A DNA stretch of 64,000 nucleotides from an uncultured Planctomycetota bacterium (GCA_963845755.1 CAWJTV010000029.1:160001-224000), one strand, 5' to 3'; numbered from the stretch's first letter, positions 39,501-50,664 are shown. Notes: generated by a model not told the origin, from the sequence alone. Numbers and translations are program-made.

Positions 39501-39925
39501 AACGACTCCTGCTCGATACGAACATCCTGCTCGACGTGCTCTTGCGTCGCCTGCCCTGGCAGGCCGAGGCCGAGGCGATACTCGAAGCCTTCCGGAGCGG
39601 ACAACTGGTTGTTGTCGTCTCACCGTTGACGATCGCCAACGCGTTCTACGTGGGCCGCCGGAGCGTGGGGACGGTCGCCACCAGAGTTTGGGTTCGCGAG
39701 TGCCTCGATGCGTTCGAGATCGTCCCGCTGGATCTGGCCATCCTCAAGGCTGCCGACCAGTTGCCCGGCTCGGATTTCGAGGATGGGATTCAGATCGCAT
39801 CGGCCGTCAATTCGGGCGTTGATGCCATCGTGACGCGTGATCCAAAGGGTTTCGCCGGTTCCTCGGTCCCTGTCCTCTCTCCCGCCGAATTGCTGGCCCT
39901 CCTGCCGAAGGACGACCATGCCTGA
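39497..39925 (+). CDS. PIN-domain (VapC-like) ribonuclease toxin
   Basis: LLLDTNILLDVLL.R, DFEDGIQIASA, AIVTRDPKGF. Confidence 0.9.
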   Translation: MKRLLLDTNILLDVLLRRLPWQAEAEAILEAFRSGQLVVVVSPLTIANAFYVGRRSVGTVATRVWVRECLDAFEIVPLDLAILKAADQLPGSDFEDGIQIASAVNSGVDAIVTRDPKGFAGSSVPVLSPAELLALLPKDDHA

Positions 39926-42900
39926 AACCGACAAGCCCCGTCTGATCGAAGTGGCCTTCCCGCTCAAGCAGGCGTCGCTGGACTCGGTCCATGAGAAGAA
40001 CGTCCGGCATGGGCACATCTCGACGCTGCACATCTGGCCCGCCCGGCGACCGCTGGCGGCGTGCCGGGCGGCGCTGATCGCCACGCTGCTGCCTGATCCG
40101 GGGACGCCGCAGGCGAGGAAGGAACTGCTGGAGAAGATCGGCGGGAAGGTGGTCACCGAGGTCCAGAAGAAGAAGGTCGGCGGCAAGACGGTCGAGGTTG
40201 TCAAGGAGCGGACCGAGGGGGGCGTCCTGCGTTGGGGTAACGAGAACAGCCCGGACATGGACTGGTTCCGCGAGGAGATCAAGAAAGCGTACGGCGGGCG
40301 TGCGCCGAGGGTGCTCGACCCGTTCGCGGGCGGCGGTGCGATTCCCCTGGAGGCCATGCGGCTGGGCTGTGAGGCAACGGCCATCGACATCAATCCGGTC
40401 GCCTGGTTCATCCTCAAGTGCACCCTGGAGTATCCCCAGAAACTCGCCGGTCAGGTCCGACCGCTACCGAAATTCGCGCTCGAGTCCGCCGAGTTCATGG
40501 AGGCGTTCCTCAAGGGCTCGGGGAAGCTGACCAAGGCCCAGGTCGCAAAGGAATTGCCGAAGTACCAGCGCGGGCTGTTCCCGCCGCCCGATGTGGACCT
40601 GTCCTGGCACGTCCGGGCCTGGGGCTGGTGGGTGCTCCAGCGGCGCGGAAAGACCTGGAGCGGTTCTACCCCACCATCGACGGCAAGCTCACGGTCGCCT
40701 ACCTCTGGGCGCGGACGGTGACGTGCAAGAACTGCCGGGCAACCATTCCCCTGCTCAAGACTCGCTGGCTGTGCAAGAAGGAGAACAAACGGGTCGTCCT
40801 GACGATGGAGCCGAACGCAGACAAGACCGGCGTGGTCTTCGGCGTTCAAGCCGACGTGCCGGTTGTGGGTGGCAACGGGGCGCAAGGGGGGAGTACGACA
40901 AGCAGGTTGGACAGGGCACGATGTCGCGGTCGGGCGCCACCTGTCCGAGTTGCGGCGTCCCGAGCATGACGATGGAGGACATCCGCCTACAAGGTCGAGC
41001 CGGTCGGCTTGGTAGCGTCATGACCGCCGTCGTTGTGGACGGGGCGAGTGGCAAGGATTATCGGCCGCCAGTCCAGGATGACAGCCGGGCGGTTGACCAG
41101 GCTCAACCCGAGCTGGATCGAGTGTATAGGGACATCCCTTTCGGCCTGCCGGATGAGCCGATTGCCGGGAAAGACGCTCTCGGCATCCGCGTGCCCCTGT
41201 ATGGTCTGGATCGTTGGCGAAAACTGTTTACTCCCCGCCAACTATTCTCCATGGGAACATTCGTAAAGCACACGCGAGCAGCAAGAGAGGTCATTGAAAC
41301 CCTGGGACATCCACCGGAGTGGACGGAGGCGATAATCGCCTACCTCGCGCTGGCCCTCGACAGGCTTGCGGATCGTTGCAGCTCACTCTGCCAACCCGAT
41401 CCCAGTCCGACCCAGAGCGGCGTGATGCACACTTTCTCGAAGTTCGCGTTCCCATGAACTGGGATTTTATCGAGGGTGTACCTATTTCGGGGGCGAGCGG
41501 AGGCTTTTCGGGAGCATTGGAGTGGGTAGCGAAAGTCATCGAACAGAACAGCTTATCTGTTGCATGTCCGGCACCTGATATCGAGCATTCCCATGCTACA
41601 AGAAGTCTGGACAAGGCTTTTGACCTTATCGCAACCGATCCGCCTTACTATGACGCTATACCATATTCTGATCTCATGGATTTCTTCTATATATGGCTCC
41701 GGCGGACCCTGAACGGCCTGAACCCGGAGATTGGCTCCGCCTTCAGCGAAGCCCTGTCCCCGAAATGGAATCATGATGCAAATAACGGTGAGTTGATTGA
41801 TGATCCAAGTCGTTTCGGAGGAGACGCAACGAGGTCCAAGAGAGCCTACGAAGAGGGGATGTGCCTGGTCTTCGAGAACTGCTCTCGCTCGCTCGAAGCC
41901 GGTGGTCGTCTCGTTATCGTCTTCGCCCACAAGCAGCCCGACGCCTGGGAGACGCTGGTCTCAGCGATCATCCGGGCCGGTTTCGTTGTCGATGGAAGCT
42001 GGCCGATCCAGACCGAAAGGTTCGCGCGCACGCGAGCCCTCTCCTCTGCCGCTCTCTCCTCATCCGTCTGGCTCGTCTGCAAGAAGCGCCCCGAAGCAGC
42101 CCGCCCCGGCTGGGACAATCGCGTCCTCGACGAGATGCGACAGAACATACACGCCCGTCTCCGCGACTATTGGGACGCGGGCATTCGGGGTCCCGACTTC
42201 GTGTGGGCGGCGACCGGTCCGGCGATGGAGGCGTACAGCAAGCACCCGGTCGTGAAGAAGGCCAACGAACCGGGCAAGCTCATGGAGGTCGCCGAGTTCC
42301 TCCCGCCGTCCGCCGCCTGGTGGTCGATTTCGTCGTCGGCCGGGTCTTGACCGGCGAGCAGGGTGACGAGTCGGATGCGAGCGGGCTCGACGACGTCACG
42401 ACCTACTACATCCTGCACCGCCACGACTTCGGTATGGAGGACGCACCGATCGGGGCCTGCATCCTCTACGCCGTCTCGTGCAACCTGTCGGACAACGACC
42501 TGGCCAGCCGCCACGAGATCCTCCTCCGCACTGGCGGGTTGTCCGCCCCCGAGGAAGATGGCGAGGACGTTGACGCCGAGGAGGGGGCCGAATCCGACAC
42601 CGACGAGGAGCCCGAGGAGGGGACCGGCAGCACGGTCAAGCTGCGGCCCTGGCACCAGCGGAAGCGGAAGACGATGGGCTATGATGCGGAGGGCCGGCCC
42701 GCGCCGTTGATCGACCAGGTCCATCGCCTGATGCAGCTCTGGAAGGCGGGCGACGTGGTCAAGGTGGACGACTACCTCGACGCCCGAGCGCTCCGCAAGA
42801 ACACCCTGTTCCTCCACCTGCTCCAGGCCCTGATCGAACTGGCCGGCGAAGGGACCGAGGAGCGGGTCATCCTGGAGAACATCAGCAACCACCTGGCGGC

Positions 42901-42970
42901 CCGGGGCGTGGCGCCGGTGCGCACGGTTGCCCTACCCGGTTTCGGCGATGGCGACGAGAATGATGGGTGA
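39918..42970 (+). CDS. DUF1156 DNA adenine methyltransferase (about four frameshifts: ~40645, ~40890, ~41452, ~42303)
   Basis: RLIEVAFPL...HGHISTLHIWPARRPLAACRA, LDPFAGGGAIPLEA, CKNC/CPSC, TDPPYYD, FAHKQPDAWE, WPIQTE. Confidence 0.88.
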
Positions 42971-43009
42971 GAATCCACGAGCCGTTGATATCTCGCCGGA
43001 GGCTGTCAC

Positions 43010-43060
43010 ATGACCGAATCCCTGCACCTCAAGCGATTCAAGAACTTCCAGGACGCGTAG
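43010..43060 (+). pseudogene. 16-codon N-terminal remnant of an SMC/AAA-type ATPase
   Basis: GGAGG RBS then MTESLHLKRFKNFQDA*, resembling the start of ABC/SMC-like ATPases. Confidence 0.45.
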
Positions 43061-43268
43061 TTTCTGCAAAGTTGGGGCTACTCCAACCAAGGCGCGTGTT
43101 GCTTGCGTTCCGTCATGGATGGACGATCCCGGAACAGGGGCAATGGCCGGAGAGCGGCCAGGGCTCAGGGTCGAAACGCCAAGGCGATGAAGTCGCGACA
43201 AGAGTGCGCGAAACAGATGATAAGCTTGAAGCATTCCCTCTGGTCACTGGCCGTCGGGCAACATCATC

Positions 43269-43898
43269 ATGGCTTTTCTCGACTACCATCGTACTGTGGT
43301 CGGCTACCATGGCACGTCATCGAAGATCGCCGATGCCCTGGTGGAAGGGACGCCGTTCAGGGAAAGCGCCGACGTCGATGAATGGTTGGGCACCGGCGTC
43401 TATTTTTGGGAATATGCGCCCAAGCAAGCATGGCGGTGGGCGAAGCGATTCAACCAGATCAGCGACCCAGCCGTGGTCGGCGCGATGATCCGGCTGGGCA
43501 ATTGCTTCGACCTGCTGGATTCGATAAATATCGAGGCGCTGCAAAAGGCCAAAGATGGTATGGTGAGGCTGATGAGGCGGGAAGGCGTGAAGGTTCCCGA
43601 GAACAAGCGCATATACAAAAATCTGGACTGCGCCGTCTTCAACTACTTCTATCAAACGGTAGAGGATGAGGGCGGGCCGAAAATCGACAGTGCGAGGGCG
43701 GCCTATGTCCCGACGGAAAGCAGAAAAAGAATCTGGCGTGCGAGCTGGATCTACAAAGACACCCACATCCAAGTCTGCGTCCGCAACCAAAGCAACATCC
43801 TCGCCGTCTGGCACGCGCACCCCGACGGGCGCTACGGCAAAGTCAAAGAGGCGTCCGAAAGCGGTGGCGGCGTCGGCGGCGCCGAAGGTGGGCAGTGA
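43269..43898 (+). CDS. Putative ADP-ribosyltransferase-fold toxin
   Basis: GYHGT...WLGTGVYFWE...AWRWA...HIQVCVRN resembles the H-Y-x ART core. Confidence 0.6.
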   Translation: MAFLDYHRTVVGYHGTSSKIADALVEGTPFRESADVDEWLGTGVYFWEYAPKQAWRWAKRFNQISDPAVVGAMIRLGNCFDLLDSINIEALQKAKDGMVRLMRREGVKVPENKRIYKNLDCAVFNYFYQTVEDEGGPKIDSARAAYVPTESRKRIWRASWIYKDTHIQVCVRNQSNILAVWHAHPDGRYGKVKEASESGGGVGGAEGGQ

Positions 43899-43902
43899 TT
43901 AC

Positions 43903-44019
43903 ATGCGCATTGCCAAGAGGATCGGCAAGATGTCGGGACCGGCGTTTCTGTCGTCGCTTCGGCGGGCGGGGATCATCACGGCGGAAGGTGCCTTGCAGGC
44001 GAAATACAAGAAAAAGTAG
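43903..44019 (+). CDS. Small basic protein, putative partner or antitoxin of the ART-like gene
   Basis: MRIAKRIGKMSGPAFLSSLRRAGIITAEGALQAKYKKK starts 4 bp after the toxin stop; the frame is open further upstream. Confidence 0.45.
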   Translation: MRIAKRIGKMSGPAFLSSLRRAGIITAEGALQAKYKKK

Positions 44020-44056
44020 GAGACTCCTCGCTGATCGCCACCGCCCGACGCTCCCC

Positions 44057-44085
44057 CTCGTTCCCACGCGGGGCGTCGGAACGAG
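44057..44085. repeat. REP-like palindrome of the RAYT family
   Basis: ctcgttcccacgcggggcgtcggaacgag. Confidence 0.7.
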
Positions 44086-44138
44086 CTTAAAGCCGTTATG
44101 CGGCGCCGGTCAGCCGCAGCACCGGTTCGCCGGCTACT

Positions 44139-44405
44139 TTGTTGCGACTGCAATCCCCGGCCGAAGGACGATGCTTGGTCACGCTCGATCTGGATTTCTC
44201 GAACCCGTTCATCTTCCCGCCGGACCAGTACGCCGGAATCGCTGTCCTGCGTCTGCCCCGCAGGGTCTCACCGAATGATCTGTATGCCACGGTGACGGCT
44301 TTGGTCGCCGCTCTGGCCCGCGATTCCATTTTGGGAAAACTCTGGATCGTCGAACGACATCGCATCCGCGTGTATTTGCCGGATGAGGGGACCCCCGGAC
44401 TTTGA
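44139..44405 (+). pseudogene. 5'-truncated DUF5615-like (PIN-like) gene
   Basis: AEGRCLVTLDLDFSN...GIAVLRL...GKLWIVERHRIRV; the N-terminus is missing next to the REP. Confidence 0.65.
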
Positions 44406-44484
44406 CGCCAAAGACGCTCCGCCGGGAAATCCTGGAGACCCACTGAGTCATCGAGTCCCGCCCCAGTTGGAAGAAAGCCCCACC

Positions 44485-47400
44485 ATGACCAAGCTCCCCT
44501 GGACGCCCTGGCATCAGGTGGTCGAGCTCCGCCCCGACGTCCGCTCGGGCGAGCTGTCGCTGTCGCAGTTCGCCGCCGATCTGTACGACGTGATGATGGA
44601 CAAGGGAACGCCGGTCTATCGCACCCCCGCCGAGTTCTTCGCGCTGACCTTCCCGACGTACAACCTCCGCGAACTGGCCAAGGACGTGGTCCACCGGCTC
44701 GCCGGGAAGAACGACAAGACCATCCGACAGCTCGAACTGACCTACGGCGGCGGCAAGACGCACACCCTGATCACGCTGCTGCACCTGGTCCGCGACCCCA
44801 GGGGGCTGCCCGACCTGCCTGCCGTCCACGAGTTCCTCCAGCACATCGGGATGACGCCCCCCGCGACCCGGGTCGCCGCCCTGGCGTTCGACAAGCTCGA
44901 CGCCGAGAAGGGGATGGAGGTCAAGGGGCCGGCCGGCGAGAAGCGGTGGTTGCGGAATCCCTGGAGCGTCCTAGCCTTCCAGATTGCCGGCGCCGACGGA
45001 CTGCGGCTGCTCCACGCGGACGGCGACGACGCCGAGCGGGAGAGCGCCCCGGCAGAGAACCTGCTGGTCGATCTGCTGGCGATCCCCGGCAACAATGATC
45101 TCGCGACGTTGATCCTGATCGACGAGGTCCTGATGTACGCCCGCGAGAAGGTCGGGCTCGACCCGGCCTGGCGCAGCCGCCTGGTGAACTTCTTCCAGTA
45201 TCTCACCCAGGCCGCCACGAAGATCAACCGTTGCGCCGTCGTGGCGTCCCTGCTCGCGAGCGAGCCCAGCAAGAGCGACACGCTGGGCAAGGAGATCGCT
45301 CTGGAACTGTTTACCATCTTCCGTCGCGAGCGGGAGGAGGGCATCCAGCCCGTCCTGAAGGACGACGTTGCGGAGGTCCTACGCCGCCGCTTCTTCCAGC
45401 CCGATTCGATCCGAGACCGCGAGTCGTTTCGCTCGCACGCCGTCGCCGCGCTCAAGGGGGTGACCGACCACGACGACGCGACCGCCAAGGACGGCAAGAC
45501 CGCCGAGGAGCGGTTCCTCAAGAGCTACCCGTTCCACCCCGATCTGACGGAGGTCCTCTACACCAAGTGGACCCAGCTCGAGGGGTTCCAGCGGACCCGG
45601 GGCATCCTGCGGACGTTCGCCCTCGCATTGCGGGATGCCGTCGGCTGGGACCAGTCCCCACTGATCGGGGCGAACGTGTTCCTGAACGAGCCGGGCAAGG
45701 TGGAAGTGTCGGCGGCGGCGCGGGAACTGGCGAACGTCGCCGGGAGCGAGGAGTACGAGGGCAAGAAGCAGGACTGGACCGGCATCCTGGAGGGCGAACT
45801 GAGCAAGGCCCGCGACATCCAGGGCGAGACCTCTGGTCTGAGCCACCGCGAGGTTGAACAGGCGGTCTTCGCCACGTTCCTGCACTCGCAGCCGGTCGGC
45901 CAGAAGGCGGCACTTCGCGAGCTGACGGTCCTCCTCGGCCCGACCCGGCCCGACAAGATCGGGCTCGTCAAGGCCCTGCTTCGTTGGGTGGACACGTCGT
46001 ACTTCCTGGACGACCAATTCACCAACGAAGCGGGGGTCCAGGCCGACGGCCGGCGGGACGTCCCGAAGTCGTGGCGGTTGGGGTCGAAGCCAAACCTGAT
46101 CCAGATGCACCAGGATGCCTGCACGCGGGTCTCCGGCGAACTGGTCGAGGCGAAGCTGATCAAGACCATCGAGACGCTCAAGTCGTTGACGGCAGGCACG
46201 GCGGGCGACGGTTATAAGGTGAAGGTCCACAACCTGCCCGAGAAGCCTAACGATGTCACCGACGACGGCGACTTCCACTACGCCGTGCTGGAGCCGAGGG
46301 CTGCGTCCACGTCCGGAAACCCCAGCGCCGAGTCACGGCGATATCTCGACGAGACGACCGGGCCGGACCGCCCCCGCGTCTATCGCAACGCGGTGGTCCT
46401 GGGCGTGCCGTCGCGGGACGGGCTGGAGGTCGCCCGCGGCCGCATCCGCGACTACCTGGGCTGGGAGGAGGTCCAGTCGCAGTTGAATGACCAGGAGGTG
46501 GACCTGATCCGCCGGGAAACACTCGCGGCGAACCTGGAAGCGGCGAAGAAGAAGGTCCCCGAGTCCGTCCAGCAGGCGTACAACATCGTGGTCACCGTGT
46601 CCGAGGGCAATGACGTCCAGGCGTTCAAGTTGACGCTGGACACGGCGCGCCCGCTGTTCGACCAGATCAAGTCTGACCCTCGCTCTCGAATTCAGGAGAC
46701 GGCGGTCAGCTACGAGGCGCTGCTCCCCGAGGGTCCCTACGACCTGTGGCGGTCAGGGGAGACGGCCCGCCGCGTCAAGGACCTGGTCGGGGCCTTCGCG
46801 CAGTTCCCGCACCTGCCGAAGATGCTCAACCGGCAGGCCATCCTCGACACGCTCGTCCAGGGCTGCGAGGAGGGCCAGTTCGTCTTACGCCTGACGCGCC
46901 CCGACCGCTCGACCCGGACGATCTGGCGGCAGCAGCCGGACGAGGCCGACCTGAAGAACACGTCGATGGAGGTCGTGCTCCCCGAGTCGGCCGAGTTATC
47001 CGAGATCGAGCCGGCGCTGCTGGCCCCCAACGTGCTGCCCGATCTCTGGAAGAGTTCAGACATCACTCTCGCCGACATTCGCGGCTACTTCTCGGGCGGC
47101 AAGGTGATCAAGATCGCCCGTCAGGGCTACGACGAGCCAGTCACGATCCCCAAGGCTCCGCGATCCATCGTGGATGAGACGATCACCAGGGCGGTGAAGG
47201 AGGGCAACCTCTGGCTCACGGACGGGCCGACGAGCCTATACGCCGAGGATGTCCCCGCAGGACTCCTATCCGACGAGGCGCGGTTGCAGGCACCGCCATC
47301 GCCGATCCCCGCGAAGGACGTGCTGCCCGAGAGCCTGCCGGATGCCTGGGCTGGCGACGTCGCTACGGCACATGCGATCTCCGAGGCGCTCTCCGCCAAG

Positions 47401-47814
47401 GCGGGCAGGGCGCTGCCGTGGGCGACGGTCCGCACCGCCATCGACGGGGCATTCCACGGCCGGCTCCTGGAGCGGACCGTGGACTCCGGATCCTGGCCAT
47501 GCGAATTCGACGGGACGCGCCAGGTGAAGGTGCGGGTCCCCGAGTTGAAGCCGATCATCGACATCAACAAGCCCAAGGACGAACAGCCGAAACCCCCTGC
47601 CGGTGTTCTGGTGGCCTCGGCGTACCTCAAGCCTGGGGAGGTCCAGGACCTCGCGGAAGTGATCGGCGACGTGGGCGCGGCGGCCGTGGGGTACGACCTG
47701 AAGATCATATTGAGGATTGAGGTGGGAGCGGTCGGGAAGCGACCCCCGGATGACATCATCGCCAAGATCGACTCCAAGCTTGGCGAGGTGTCGAAAGATT
47801 TCAAACTTACCTGA
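44485..47814 (+). CDS. DUF499 AAA+ ATPase
   Basis: PWHQVVELRPDV...FAADL, FFALTFPT, Walker A TYGGGKTH, LILIDE, SYPFHP, FQRTRGILR. Confidence 0.92.
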   Translation: MTKLPWTPWHQVVELRPDVRSGELSLSQFAADLYDVMMDKGTPVYRTPAEFFALTFPTYNLRELAKDVVHRLAGKNDKTIRQLELTYGGGKTHTLITLLHLVRDPRGLPDLPAVHEFLQHIGMTPPATRVAALAFDKLDAEKGMEVKGPAGEKRWLRNPWSVLAFQIAGADGLRLLHADGDDAERESAPAENLLVDLLAIPGNNDLATLILIDEVLMYAREKVGLDPAWRSRLVNFFQYLTQAATKINRCAVVASLLASEPSKSDTLGKEIALELFTIFRREREEGIQPVLKDDVAEVLRRRFFQPDSIRDRESFRSHAVAALKGVTDHDDATAKDGKTAEERFLKSYPFHPDLTEVLYTKWTQLEGFQRTRGILRTFALALRDAVGWDQSPLIGANVFLNEPGKVEVSAAARELANVAGSEEYEGKKQDWTGILEGELSKARDIQGETSGLSHREVEQAVFATFLHSQPVGQKAALRELTVLLGPTRPDKIGLVKALLRWVDTSYFLDDQFTNEAGVQADGRRDVPKSWRLGSKPNLIQMHQDACTRVSGELVEAKLIKTIETLKSLTAGTAGDGYKVKVHNLPEKPNDVTDDGDFHYAVLEPRAASTSGNPSAESRRYLDETTGPDRPRVYRNAVVLGVPSRDGLEVARGRIRDYLGWEEVQSQLNDQEVDLIRRETLAANLEAAKKKVPESVQQAYNIVVTVSEGNDVQAFKLTLDTARPLFDQIKSDPRSRIQETAVSYEALLPEGPYDLWRSGETARRVKDLVGAFAQFPHLPKMLNRQAILDTLVQGCEEGQFVLRLTRPDRSTRTIWRQQPDEADLKNTSMEVVLPESAELSEIEPALLAPNVLPDLWKSSDITLADIRGYFSGGKVIKIARQGYDEPVTIPKAPRSIVDETITRAVKEGNLWLTDGPTSLYAEDVPAGLLSDEARLQAPPSPIPAKDVLPESLPDAWAGDVATAHAISEALSAKAGRALPWATVRTAIDGAFHGRLLERTVDSGSWPCEFDGTRQVKVRVPELKPIIDINKPKDEQPKPPAGVLVASAYLKPGEVQDLAEVIGDVGAAAVGYDLKIILRIEVGAVGKRPPDDIIAKIDSKLGEVSKDFKLT

Positions 47815-47865
47815 GTATAGCAGGGGGCTCAAGGCTGATCACATGGGAGTGAAACGGAGACGCAT

Positions 47866-47883
47866 CTAGATTTGCAAATCTAG
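47866..47883. other. Perfect 18-bp palindrome overlapping the hemL stop codon at the island's right end
   Basis: ctagatttgcaaatctag is its own reverse complement. Confidence 0.8.
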
Positions 47884-49205
47884 CTCCGGCTGGCCTGGAG
47901 CGCTCCGCGAGCGGCCTGGATGGTCAGATCGATATCGTCCTCGGTGTGCGCCGCGGAGACGAAGGCGGCTTCGAACTGGCTGCACGGCAGGTAGACGCCG
48001 CGGGCGAGCATCTCCCAGAAGAAGCGGGCGAAGAGCCGGGTGTCGCTCCGTCTCGCGTCGTCGTAGTTGCGCACGGGGCCGTCGTGGAAGAAGAGGGTCA
48101 GCATGCTGCCGACGCGCTGGACGACGTGGGGGATTCCGGCGTCGGAGGCGGCCCGGTCGAGCCCTTCAGCCAGCCGGGCCGAGAGGGCTTCGAGCCGATC
48201 GTAGGGGGGCTGGTCGCGAAGCGAGCGCAGCGTGGTCAGTCCGGCGGCCATCGCCAGGGGATTGCCCGAGAGCGTGCCGGCCTGGTAGATCGGCCCGACC
48301 GGTGAGACATGGTCCATGATCGCGGCCGAGGCGCCATAGGCCGCCGCGGGCAAGCCACCGCCGACCACCTTACCCAGGACCGACAGGTCGGGCGTGATCC
48401 CATACAGGCCCTGGGCGCCGCCATAAGCCACGCGGAAGCCGGTCATCACCTCGTCGAAGATGAGCAAGGCTCCGTGTTTCCGGGTCAAGTCTCGGATCGC
48501 AGCGAGATAACCCACTTCCGGCGGGACCAGCCCCATGTTGCCGGCGATCGGCTCGAGCAAGACCGCGGCGACCTGGCCGGGGAATCGCTCCAGGGCCTCA
48601 GCCACCGCAGCCGCGTCGTTGAAGGGGCAGAGGATCGTGTCCTGCGTGGTGCCCTCGGTCACCCCGGGACTGTTGGGTGTCCCGAGCGTCGTGGCGGCCG
48701 AGCCGGCCTGGACCAGCAAGGCGTCGATGTGGCCGTGGTAGTGTCCGCTCATCTTGATGATCTTCGATCGGCCCGTGACGCCCCGTGCCACCCGGACGGC
48801 GGACATCGCCGCCTCGGTCCCCGACGAGACAAAACGCACCTTCTCGATCGACGGGACGGCTTCGGCCACCATCTCCGCGATCTCGACTTCGCGCAGGGTC
48901 GGCGCGCCGAAACTCGACCCCAACTCCAGCGCCTCGGCCACGGCCGCGCGGACCTCGGGATGGACATGCCCCAGGATCATAGGGCCCCACGATCCGATAT
49001 AATCAATATATTTATGATCATCAATGTCGTAAAGGTAGGCCCCTTCGGCGCGCGCGATGAATGGCGGCTCGCCGCCGACGGCGCCGAACGCCCGAGCCGG
49101 GCTGTTCACGCCGCCGGGGATCACGCGATTGGCCCGCGCGAAGGCCACGCGGCTCTGGGTGAGGTGGAAATCGGGTCGGGAGAGCGCGGGCGTCTCGGGC
49201 ATCAT
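47880..49205 (-). CDS. hemL: Glutamate-1-semialdehyde 2,1-aminomutase
   Basis: PGGVNSPARAF, DYIGSWGP, SGTEA, FDEVMTGFR, GKVVGGGLP, QAGTLSGNP. Confidence 0.98.
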   Translation of the reverse strand: MMPETPALSRPDFHLTQSRVAFARANRVIPGGVNSPARAFGAVGGEPPFIARAEGAYLYDIDDHKYIDYIGSWGPMILGHVHPEVRAAVAEALELGSSFGAPTLREVEIAEMVAEAVPSIEKVRFVSSGTEAAMSAVRVARGVTGRSKIIKMSGHYHGHIDALLVQAGSAATTLGTPNSPGVTEGTTQDTILCPFNDAAAVAEALERFPGQVAAVLLEPIAGNMGLVPPEVGYLAAIRDLTRKHGALLIFDEVMTGFRVAYGGAQGLYGITPDLSVLGKVVGGGLPAAAYGASAAIMDHVSPVGPIYQAGTLSGNPLAMAAGLTTLRSLRDQPPYDRLEALSARLAEGLDRAASDAGIPHVVQRVGSMLTLFFHDGPVRNYDDARRSDTRLFARFFWEMLARGVYLPCSQFEAAFVSAAHTEDDIDLTIQAARGALQASRS

Positions 49206-49468
49206 TCCTCCACGTTTTCTCCGATGGGGGACGTAGTCCAGGCCGAGGCGGATGCGTCCAACGATCCTCTTTCGGGCGATCCGGAAGGGGAAAGGCTACC
49301 GCCGTAAGTCCTTGCCGGGAAAATGCATTGCGACGAATCAGCCAAAGAAATCGCCGTAAATCCTTCGGTCTCAACAAGTTCCGGCCAAAGGTATGGCTTC
49401 GCGGATCGCCTCTCACCTGTTCTTCCACCTGTTCTCAGGGAGTCGCGTGGAGCCTGCCGTCGTGTCCA

Positions 49469-50474
<1,006 letters not shown>

Positions 50475-50664
50475 CTCGATGGGTCCTTTGTCCCTGAGTT
50501 CTTGAGTCCTTGGTTACTCGGTACGATCGACCGCGCCCCACTGGAATGCCCGAGAACAATCACCAGGTTACCCGGCGAGTTGCAGAGGGTTGCAAGTCGA
50601 ACTCGTGGCCCTCGCGGAGGAAAACCCAGGACCCAAGGACTCAGGACTCAAGGACCGATCCGAA

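Larger units (their letters stand above)
34301..47890. mobile_element. Defence island inserted at the hemL 3' end; no integrase seen
   Basis: Bounded by a 506-bp direct repeat; all cargo on the + strand, opposite to the flanking genes. Confidence 0.8.

Noticed and set aside
39918..42970. Programmed frameshifting or phase variation of the methyltransferase
   Set aside because: Similar indels occur in housekeeping genes throughout the window, so sequencing error is the simpler explanation.
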